Shown: one piece after another, positions 1 through 8,274 of the stretch
Numbering within the stretch: position 1 is the stretch's first letter
Layout of the letters: each line of letters opens with the position of its first letter
From: Myxococcota bacterium
GTDB taxonomy: Bacteria > Myxococcota_A > Polyangia > Polyangiales > Sandaracinaceae
Length of the DNA: 36,861 nt
Reading direction: 5' to 3'
Assembly (NCBI GenBank): GCA_036149055.1
Contig: JAYZQJ010000050.1
Location: 1 to 36,861 of the forward strand
Made by a program: the position numbers and the translations under genes
Notes under the pieces: generated by a model
What the model was told of the DNA's origin: nothing
The model's input: only the letters and a program-made list of their open reading frames with translations
The model's database searches: none

Positions 1-190
1 TGGGGCCCCCCTCCCGACTCCGTCGGGGCCTCGCGCGCTTCGCGCGCTGGCCCCGCGACCCCAGCGACGGGGCGCTGGGGGCCCTGCGGCTCGCGCTCGC
101 GCTGCGCGCTCGCTGGCCGCCCGCTGCCGGCGGGATCGAACACAGGTGGTGGTGATCCGTGCGGCGACCTCGCTGCGCTCGTCGCCTGCC
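1..190. repeat. Cluster of GC-rich palindromes (REP/MITE-like dispersed repeat), probably truncated at the window edge
   Basis: Consecutive inverted repeats: CCCGAC/GTCGGG (13-27), GGGGCC..GCGCGC-TTC-GCGCGC..GGCCCC (25-54), CCCCAGCG/CGCTGGGG (59-80), GCGGC..GCCGC (86-120), GGCGAC-CTCGCTGCGCTC-GTCGCC (163-186). No credible protein. Confidence 0.5.
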
Positions 191-201
191 GTCGTCTCAG
201 G

Positions 202-1239
202 TCAGTGTCGTGGAAGCGGGCGGGGGTGCCTCGGCGCCATTGCTTGCCACCTCTCGAGTTTTCCGGGCAGGGGCGGGTCCGCCCGGGTCCGACCGGGTCC
301 GCCCGGGTCCGACCGGTCCCTCCGGTCCGGCCCCGTTTCCTGCTGCGCCGGTACGACGGCGCGCGACGGCGCGAGACGGACTGCGCGGGTGAGCGCGGCG
401 TCGACGCGGGCGAGCGCGGCGGGGTCGTCGGGCGCGGGCAGCGCGGCGAAGAAGGCGCGCAGCCCGGGCGGAGGCGCGCGGAAGAGCAGCGCGGCGTGGA
501 GCGGGCCCGCGTCTTCGACCTGCAGGATCGACGAGACGAGCCGGGGCGGGGCGGGATCGAGGGCCAGGCGAGCGCAGGCGTACCGCTCGGGGGCGGAGGC
601 GCCCGGGAGCAGCCGGCGCGCGGCGCTCGCGGCGGCCGCCTCGAGCGAAGCGCGCTCGAGCAGCGCGTCGATCTCGGGGTCGCGGTGACCCGGCGCTCCC
701 GTCTCCGAGAGCGCGCGCCAGGCCACCCGGATCTGCGCCCGGCTGCCCGCGCAGACCTGCCGCTCGCCGACCAGCCAGGGCCGCGCGTCGAGCCACCCGT
801 CGAGCGCCTCGACCGGAGGCGGCGGATCGGTCGCGTCGATCGCGCCCTCGAACAGCAGGCGCGCGATCAGATCCGAGAAGCCCAGCGCGAGCTTGTGCAG
901 GGCGGCGCGGCGGCGCGAGATCCGTCCCTCCCGCACCCAGGCGAGCGGCGCCTGCACGGTGGCCGCGAACGCCCGGCGATGCATGCGCTCGACGTCGCGC
1001 GGGCGGTGGGCGTCGAAGCCGCGCAGCCACTCCAGCGCCGGACGCCACGCGCCCTGCAGCTGGGCGAGGGCCGCGTGGTTGCAGGGCAGCCCGGTCGCGT
1101 CGCGCGCGTCGCCGAACGCTCTCACCACCTCGCGCCGCTCCACGTCGGGGTAGCGCGCGGAGGCCTGCTCGCCGAGCGGGCGCCCGTCCTCGTCGAGCGC
1201 GTCGACGGGCCCGCGCCCGAGGATCCACGCCGCGGTCAC
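202..1239 (-). CDS. Hypothetical protein; the C-terminal ~45 aa run through the tandem repeat and may be a spurious extension
   Basis: 345-aa ORF with protein-like composition (DEDGRPLGE, LHKLALGFSDL, LVGERQVCAG). Its GTG start overlaps the upstream stop (GTGA, 1236-1239). Confidence 0.7.
   Translation of the reverse strand: MTAAWILGRGPVDALDEDGRPLGEQASARYPDVERREVVRAFGDARDATGLPCNHAALAQLQGAWRPALEWLRGFDAHRPRDVERMHRRAFAATVQAPLAWVREGRISRRRAALHKLALGFSDLIARLLFEGAIDATDPPPPVEALDGWLDARPWLVGERQVCAGSRAQIRVAWRALSETGAPGHRDPEIDALLERASLEAAAASAARRLLPGASAPERYACARLALDPAPPRLVSSILQVEDAGPLHAALLFRAPPPGLRAFFAALPAPDDPAALARVDAALTRAVRLAPSRAVVPAQQETGPDRRDRSDPGGPGRTRADPPLPGKLERWQAMAPRHPRPLPRH
271..330. repeat. 10-bp tandem repeat G(C/A)CCGGGTCC, about 4 near-perfect plus 2 degenerate copies
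   Basis: gggcgggtcc gcccgggtcc gaccgggtcc gcccgggtcc gaccggtccc tccggtccgg read directly. Confidence 0.8.
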
Positions 1240-1769
1240 GCGCGCCTTCGCACCGGCGCGGTCGCCTCGAGCCCGTCGAGGGCGGCGAGCACGGAGGCGT
1301 CCGCCTCGGTCGCGAGCGCGAAGCGAACGGTGTGCACCCGCACCCGAACCGTCGCGCCGCGCGGCACCTCCTCGACGCGCGCCACGTACGCGCCGTACCG
1401 GATGGCGCGGTCGGTCGGGACGTAGATGCGCCGGGTCACCACCGGCCCCATCCGGGGCATCGGCAGCGGCGGGCGCTTCGGCGCGAGCGCCAGCGCGGCG
1501 CTCTCCCCTCCATGCTCCAGGCGGGCGTCGAGCCGCAGGCCATCCGCGGGCACGTGGGCGTCGCCGCGCAGCCCCCGGAGCCGGAGCAGCAGCTCGAGCT
1601 GCCCCCCGCCCACGAACGCGAGCGCCGAGAGCGCGAAGGAGGGGCCGGCGAGCGGCGGCGGCACGTCGGCGCGGGCTGCCCCCGGAAACCCTGCCCCCGG
1701 AGACCAGAGCGCGGCCGCGCCCACCAGCGTGAGCCGGGCGAAGCCGCGACGAGAGAGACGGTCGTCCAT
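1236..1769 (-). CDS. Tat-exported hypothetical protein
   Basis: From ATG 1769: MDDRLSRRGFARLTLVGAAALW, a twin-arginine SRRxF motif and hydrophobic stretch, followed by an ARA cleavage site. Confidence 0.7.
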   Translation of the reverse strand: MDDRLSRRGFARLTLVGAAALWSPGAGFPGAARADVPPPLAGPSFALSALAFVGGGQLELLLRLRGLRGDAHVPADGLRLDARLEHGGESAALALAPKRPPLPMPRMGPVVTRRIYVPTDRAIRYGAYVARVEEVPRGATVRVRVHTVRFALATEADASVLAALDGLEATAPVRRRA

Positions 1770-1827
1770 GCCGTCAGCCTGCGGCCTCCCGGCGCGCCGC
1801 ACCGTCAGAGAAACGTAAAGAACGAGG

Positions 1828-2859
1828 TCAATCGCGGGGCGCGGGGGCGTCGACGCGACGCCGGACCCGGAGCAGCGCGTCGAGGAACCAGCCCTGGCTG
1901 TCCTCGAAGCGCTCCTCGACCTCGAAGCCGGTGTCCCCGGCGAGCTCCTCCACGTCGCTGCGCAGGTACTTGTAGCTGTACTCGGTGTGGACCGGCTCCC
2001 ACGCGTCGAACGCGAACGACTGCTCCACCGCCTCGACCCGCACCACCTGCGGCTCGAGGCTCACCAGGTAGCTCTCCATCGCCCCGCTGAAGACGTTGTA
2101 GGTGCCGAAGTGCCGCCACTTGCCGAGGTCGAAGTCGGCCCCGAGCTCGCGGTTGATGCGCTCGAGCAGGTTCAGGTTGAAGCCGGCCGTCACGCCCTCG
2201 CGGTCGTTGTAGGCGGCGAGCAGGACCTCGATGTCCTTCTTGAGATCGAAGCCGACGAGCGCGTAGTCGTTCTCGCTCAGCGAGCTCCAGAGGCGGCGCA
2301 GGAACGCGCGCGCCTGCACCCGGTTGAAGTTGCCGATGTTGGAGCCGAGGAAGAGCACGAGGTTGCTGCGGTCCTGATGCTCGCGGCCCAGGTAGTGCAC
2401 GCCGTCGGTGTACTCGCAGACCAGGCCCTCGACCTTCACGTCCGGCATCTGCTCCCGCACGCGGCCGACGAGGTGTTTCATCGCGCCCTCGGAGATGTCG
2501 ATCGGCACGAACGTGAAGTCCGCCTTCGCGCGCCGCAGCGCCTCGAGCACGATCATCGTCTTCTTGCCGTCGCCGGCGCCGAGGTCGACGAGGTTGAACG
2601 GGCCCTTGCCGAGGAGCGGCGCGATGATCCGGTCGGCGTGCTGCGTCAGCACGTCGGTCTCGCAGCGCGTCGGGTAGTACTCGTCGAGCTGCATGATGCG
2701 CGAGAAGTACCGGCTGCCCTCGTCGTCGTAGAAGTACTTCGACGAGAGCCTCTTGGGCGACTCCGACAGCCCGACGAGCACGTCGTACGCGAAGTCGCGC
2801 ATCGGGTCGTGCAGATCCTTGAGGGTGCTCGGTCCGAGCACGGTGTAGCTGCTCGTCAT
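1828..2859 (-). CDS. egtD: L-histidine N-alpha-methyltransferase (EgtD / Methyltransf_33 family)
   Basis: PKRLSSKYFYDDEGS, YYPTRCE, SAM motif VDLGAGDGKKT, FLGSNIGN, AAYNDREGVTAGFNLNLL, HTEYSYKY. Start placed at ATG 2859, not the ORF-track 3273. Confidence 0.92.
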   Translation of the reverse strand: MTSSYTVLGPSTLKDLHDPMRDFAYDVLVGLSESPKRLSSKYFYDDEGSRYFSRIMQLDEYYPTRCETDVLTQHADRIIAPLLGKGPFNLVDLGAGDGKKTMIVLEALRRAKADFTFVPIDISEGAMKHLVGRVREQMPDVKVEGLVCEYTDGVHYLGREHQDRSNLVLFLGSNIGNFNRVQARAFLRRLWSSLSENDYALVGFDLKKDIEVLLAAYNDREGVTAGFNLNLLERINRELGADFDLGKWRHFGTYNVFSGAMESYLVSLEPQVVRVEAVEQSFAFDAWEPVHTEYSYKYLRSDVEELAGDTGFEVEERFEDSQGWFLDALLRVRRRVDAPAPRD

Positions 2860-2968
2860 GATTGGCCTTCCGTAGGTCCTGGGGCATCGAGGCACAAGCC
2901 GCGAGCCGGTGACGAGGCGCGCGCGAGGCTGCGTGCAGAGCGCCGGGGCCTCACGGTACCATCGGCGC

Positions 2969-4873
2969 GTGCGATGTGGCGCCCGACTCCTGGTGCTCTC
3001 GTTCGCGCTCGCGGCCTGCGATCCCGGGCCCGGCGCGCCCGAGTGTCGAATCGATGACGAGTGCGAGGGCGGCGAGCGCTGCGTGGGCGGCGCGTGCGTC
3101 ACCCCGTCGACCGACGCGGGCCGCGACGCGACGGCTCCGCCTCCCGACGCCGGTTCGAGCGACGCGGGGATCGACGGCCCGGGGCCCGGCACCCCGGTGC
3201 TGCGGCGGCCGTTCGTGGGCGAGGCGACCGGCAGCATCCACGGCAGCGTGGTGCTCGCCGAGCCCGCGCTCACCCCGCGCTTCGCCTGGGACCCGGTCGC
3301 GGGCGCGGACCGCTACGAGATCCAGATCACGTCGTCCTGCGCGACGGCCGGCTTCGCGAGCTGCGCCTTCGACGCCCCGGAGAGCGACGAGAGCGTGACC
3401 GAGCCGACCTTCCGCCCGAGCCCCCTCGCCGTCGACACGACGCCCCCGGTGGGGCGGAGGTACTTCTGGCGGGTGCGGGCCTGCGCCTCCGCCTGCTCGC
3501 GCTGGTCGCCCATCCGCTACGTGGACGTGGGCCGCCAGCCGACCGACTTCGACGGCGACGGCTACGGCGACCTCCTGACCGGCGCCTCTCACGCCGACGG
3601 CGGCGCCACCCGCGCCGGGCGCGCGCACGTGGCCGCGGGCTCCCCCACCGGCGCCGGCGCGCCGTCTCAGATCCTGCCGCCGGTCGCGCAGACCGACTCG
3701 CGCTTCGGCCTCCTCCTCACGGCCCTCGGGGACGTGAACGGCGACGGCTTCGCGGACGCGGCCGTCTCGGCCCACGCGCTGGACCGCGGCGGGCAGAACG
3801 ACGTCGGGGAGGTGTACGTTCTGCACGGCTCGGCCGACGGGCTCCCCGGGGCGCCGACCACCACGCTCGCGTCGCCCGCGGCCGAGCAGGGCGCCAACTT
3901 CGGGCGCTCCGTCGCCGCGCCCGGCGACGTGAACGGCGACGGCTACGCGGACCTCGTGGTCAGCGGTCACGTGATCGACGGCGCCGGCTCGAACCGCGGC
4001 CGCGCGTTCGTCTATCACGGCGGCCCGGGCGGCTTCGCGGCGACGCCCACCCTCACCCTCCAGAGCCCGGGCGCGCAGGACAACCAGCAGTTCGGCTTCC
4101 CCGTCGCGGGCGCCGGAGACGTCGACGGCGACGGCTACATGGATCTGCTCGTCGGCGAGCGCCTCTGGGACGACGCCGAAGACAACCAGGGCCGCACGCA
4201 CCTCTTCGCCGGCGGCCCGTCGGGCGTGGGCGAGCGGCCCGCCCGCACCTTCGTCGATCCCGCGCCCTCGGCCGGCGCGGAGCTGAGCTGGGGCATCGCC
4301 GGGCTCGGCGACGTGAACGGAGACGACTTCGCCGACCTCGCCATCGGCGCGCGCAAGGGCGCGGGTCAGGGCCGGGTGCTCGTCTTCCACGGCGGCGCCG
4401 CCGGGCCCGCCGCGACGCCGGATCTCGTGATCGCCCACCCCGAGGGCCAGTCCGACGCCGAGTTCGGGTTCGTGGTGGCGGGGGGCGACTTCGACGGCGA
4501 CGGCCTGAACGATCTCTTCGTCGGCAGCCGCCTCTTCGACCGGGGCAGTAACAACAACGCGGGTCGCGCGTACGTCTTCTACGCGACCCGGGACAGCTTC
4601 ACCGCCCTGCCGGATCTCACCCTGAACGCCATCCCCGCGGAGGCGAGCGCGCAGTACGGATACGCGGGCGGATCGGTCGGCGACCTGAACGGAGACGGGA
4701 TCGAGGATCTCGCCGTCGGGGCGCCGCTCGAGGGCACGACCCGAACCGGGGTGGTGCACCTCTACCTCGGGGCGACCGACGGCCTGCCCTCGGCGCCCAC
4801 GGAGTCGCTCGCCAACCCACGGAACGAGGACGGCCGCTTCGGCATCGGCGTCGCGGTCACGCCCCCCTTCTGA
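2969..4873 (+). CDS. Lipoprotein with Cys-rich module, Fn3/Ig-like segment and FG-GAP (integrin-alpha-like) beta-propeller repeats
   Basis: Lipobox LAAC after a hydrophobic stretch; CRIDDECEGGERCVGGAC; six or seven (G)D(V/F/L)(N/D)GDG.xDL repeats with FG..V and GRxxVF motifs. GTG 2969 start is inferred. Confidence 0.88.
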   Translation: MRCGARLLVLSFALAACDPGPGAPECRIDDECEGGERCVGGACVTPSTDAGRDATAPPPDAGSSDAGIDGPGPGTPVLRRPFVGEATGSIHGSVVLAEPALTPRFAWDPVAGADRYEIQITSSCATAGFASCAFDAPESDESVTEPTFRPSPLAVDTTPPVGRRYFWRVRACASACSRWSPIRYVDVGRQPTDFDGDGYGDLLTGASHADGGATRAGRAHVAAGSPTGAGAPSQILPPVAQTDSRFGLLLTALGDVNGDGFADAAVSAHALDRGGQNDVGEVYVLHGSADGLPGAPTTTLASPAAEQGANFGRSVAAPGDVNGDGYADLVVSGHVIDGAGSNRGRAFVYHGGPGGFAATPTLTLQSPGAQDNQQFGFPVAGAGDVDGDGYMDLLVGERLWDDAEDNQGRTHLFAGGPSGVGERPARTFVDPAPSAGAELSWGIAGLGDVNGDDFADLAIGARKGAGQGRVLVFHGGAAGPAATPDLVIAHPEGQSDAEFGFVVAGGDFDGDGLNDLFVGSRLFDRGSNNNAGRAYVFYATRDSFTALPDLTLNAIPAEASAQYGYAGGSVGDLNGDGIEDLAVGAPLEGTTRTGVVHLYLGATDGLPSAPTESLANPRNEDGRFGIGVAVTPPF

Positions 4874-4886
4874 CGAGGAGTTCACG

Positions 4887-6086
<1,200 letters not shown>

Positions 6087-6452
6087 TCACTCCTCGACGC
6101 GCACGGGCACGCGGGCGAGGCCGCGGCGGCCGTCGGGCGTCTCGGCGACGAGGGTCGCGAAGAACACGCCCTCTCGATCGAAGGTGTGGGTGACGCTCCC
6201 GGGCGCGCAGGTCTCGAGCTCGTGGTCGAGCTCCCCGTCGCCGTCGACGTCGATCGCGCAGCGGGCGCGGCGGTCGTCGAGGTCCCAGGTGAAGACGGCG
6301 GTGCCCCGCTCGACCCGGACGTCGAGCTCGACGTTCAGGGCGTTGGGGGCGCGGCGCCAGTCCAGCTCGTCCTGCGGCTGCGCGAGCCCGGGGGCGGCGA
6401 GCGCGAGGGCGAGGGGGGCGGCGAGGGCGGCGGCGATGAGCTTGCGGGTCAC
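6087..6452 (-). CDS. Secreted PKD/Ig-like domain protein
   Basis: GTG 6452 with GAGGAGGAG RBS; Sec signal peptide TRKLIAAALAAPLALALAAPGLA; PKD-like DVDGDG..D and VTHTFDREGVFFATL. Confidence 0.7.
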   Translation of the reverse strand: MTRKLIAAALAAPLALALAAPGLAQPQDELDWRRAPNALNVELDVRVERGTAVFTWDLDDRRARCAIDVDGDGELDHELETCAPGSVTHTFDREGVFFATLVAETPDGRRGLARVPVRVEE

Positions 6453-6554
6453 GATGTTCTCCTCCTCGGACCTGGCGCAAGCGCCGTGCCGCCGGCCTCG
6501 CGCTGCCGCGGCGTCCGACGGATGTCGCATCTCACCCCGATCGCGCCGGCTCGC

Positions 6555-7685
6555 TCACCCCGGAGGCGGCTCGCCCACGCCGAGGGCCTCGCGGAAGGCG
6601 GAGGGCGCGTCCCGCTCGGTCCGCGTCTGTCTCCGCACCGCGTCGAGCTGCTCGCGACCGATGAGCCCGAGCCCGGCGAGCGCGCGGGCGGCCGCGTGGC
6701 TGTCCTGGACCACGAAGAGGGGCACCTCCGCCTTCCGAGCCCTCTCCTCGGCCTCGCGCACCCCGCGCCCGATCACGCCGACGTCGCGGATGACGATCGC
6801 CTTCACCCGATCCGGCCACCGCTCGGCGGCGACACTGTAGTGACGCGCGTCTTCTTGCCCCGAGTCGCCGATGAGCACGAAGGGAAGCGCCACGTGGTCG
6901 AAGAGCTGCTCGAGCTTCTCCGCCTTGTGCGCGTGACCGCCGAGCGGCGCGACGCCCGCGCGGGAGATGCCCCACTCGCGGAGCAGCATGGGCCCGCGCG
7001 GCAGCTCGTGTCGATCGAAGAGCGCGTCGAGGTGCTCGTAGAGGTTCCAGGGGCTGCTGGAGAGGTAGAACAGCGGGCGACGCCCCCCGGTGAGCGCGCG
7101 GTAGAGCGCGCTCGCGCCCTCGAACGGGAGGCGCGTGCGGGTGTCGGTGAGGAAGAGCGCCGCCATCCGGTCGAGGGGGTGGCGCACGTTGGTGTCGATC
7201 ACGGTGTCGTCGATGTCGGTGACCACCGCGAAGCGCGCCGCCTCGTCGATCACGAGCACCTCCGCCTCGGCTTCGGCCGGCCGGTCGCGCAGCGAGACCT
7301 GGACCCGATGCCAGCCGGGCACGATCCCTTCGGGGACCGGCAGGCCGAGATCGAGGTGCCCCTCCTCGTCGAGGCGGGTGGTCCAGCGCGCGTCGCCCCA
7401 CCGGACCTGGACGGGAGCCTCCGGGATCTCGAGCGTCGCGTAGCGCTTCCAGGAGGCGAGGAGCGCCCGCCGGAGCCCCGCGCCCTCGATCGGCTCGGGC
7501 ACGCCCCGGTCCTCGAGGGCCCGCGCGAGGATCCGCGCGCGACCGCCGAACGCGTAGCCCCGGTAGGGGGCGAGGCGGGCCGGCCGGCTCAGCCCGAGGC
7601 GACGGCGCGCGCGCCGGTAGGCCCGCCCCCAGCCGCGATCCACGCGGTAGAGGGCGTGCTGGACGGTGGCGGCGAGCGAAGGCAT
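6555..7685 (-). CDS. App1-family phosphatidate phosphatase (DUF2183)
   Basis: HAD motif VVTDIDDTV, FYLSSSPWNLY, PRGPMLLREWG, FVLIGDSGQED..Y. Start placed at ATG 7685. Confidence 0.88.
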   Translation of the reverse strand: MPSLAATVQHALYRVDRGWGRAYRRARRRLGLSRPARLAPYRGYAFGGRARILARALEDRGVPEPIEGAGLRRALLASWKRYATLEIPEAPVQVRWGDARWTTRLDEEGHLDLGLPVPEGIVPGWHRVQVSLRDRPAEAEAEVLVIDEAARFAVVTDIDDTVIDTNVRHPLDRMAALFLTDTRTRLPFEGASALYRALTGGRRPLFYLSSSPWNLYEHLDALFDRHELPRGPMLLREWGISRAGVAPLGGHAHKAEKLEQLFDHVALPFVLIGDSGQEDARHYSVAAERWPDRVKAIVIRDVGVIGRGVREAEERARKAEVPLFVVQDSHAAARALAGLGLIGREQLDAVRRQTRTERDAPSAFREALGVGEPPPG

Positions 7686-7730
7686 CGCAGGCGACCTAGG
7701 GCCGACGCCCCGGCGCCTCAAACGGGCGCG

Positions 7731-7758
7731 TTGACAGGGGAAGCGGCAGACATAGACT
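7731..7758 (+). promoter_or_regulatory. Sigma70-type promoter, probably giving a leaderless mRNA
   Basis: TTGACA (7731-7736), 16 nt, TAGACT (7753-7758); ATG 7 nt downstream with no SD. Confidence 0.7.
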
Positions 7759-7765
7759 GCGCCGC

Positions 7766-7951
7766 ATGTCGTACCCGGACTTCCTGCTCGACAAGCGCGT
7801 CGTGGGCCGAAACATCGAAAAGGGCCTCGTGGACAAGAAGGAGTACCAGAAGGCTCTGAAGTCCCTGGCGGACGCCGAGGGCAACGCGGAGCCCATCGTC
7901 ACCGAAGAGCCGCCGGCCGACGAAGAGGCCGAGGCCTCGGACGAGGCGTGA
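7766..7951 (+). CDS. Small hypothetical protein with acidic tail (61 aa)
   Basis: Host-like codon usage; DKRVVGRNIEKGLVDKKEYQKALKSLAD; GTGA overlap with the next gene. Confidence 0.8.
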   Translation: MSYPDFLLDKRVVGRNIEKGLVDKKEYQKALKSLADAEGNAEPIVTEEPPADEEAEASDEA

Positions 7952-8229
7952 GCGATCCCATGGGGGAGGACGCGCAGAACGGCGACATCCCGCCGATCGA
8001 CTTCACGACCTTCGTGCTGTCGATGAGCACCGCCTGCATGGCCCACCTCGGCGAGGTCGACGGCCCGGACGGTGCGGACGTGAACCTCCCCATGGCGCGC
8101 CAGACCCTCGACATCCTCGAGATGATCGAGACGAAGACGCAGGGGAACCTGAGCGGCGAAGAGGAGCGCATCCTCACCCAGGTGCTCGGCGATCTGCGCG
8201 ACGCGGTTCAGAAGAAGTCCGGCGCCTGA
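7948..8229 (+). CDS. DUF1844 domain protein
   Basis: IDFTTFVLSMSTACMAHLGE..NLPMARQTLDILEMIETKTQGNLSGEEERIL matches my recollection of the DUF1844 pattern. Confidence 0.85.
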   Translation: MSDPMGEDAQNGDIPPIDFTTFVLSMSTACMAHLGEVDGPDGADVNLPMARQTLDILEMIETKTQGNLSGEEERILTQVLGDLRDAVQKKSGA

Positions 8230-8274
8230 CGCTGCTGTGGGATCGCGCGCGTCGAGCGGATATGCTCCGCCGCG

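Noticed and set aside
271..330. Possible CRISPR array
   Set aside because: 10-bp head-to-tail units with no spacers, and no cas genes in the window.
2860..3273. N-terminal extension of EgtD in the ORF track (481 aa)
   Set aside because: It overlaps the divergent FG-GAP gene, and EgtD-like sequence begins only after ATG 2859.
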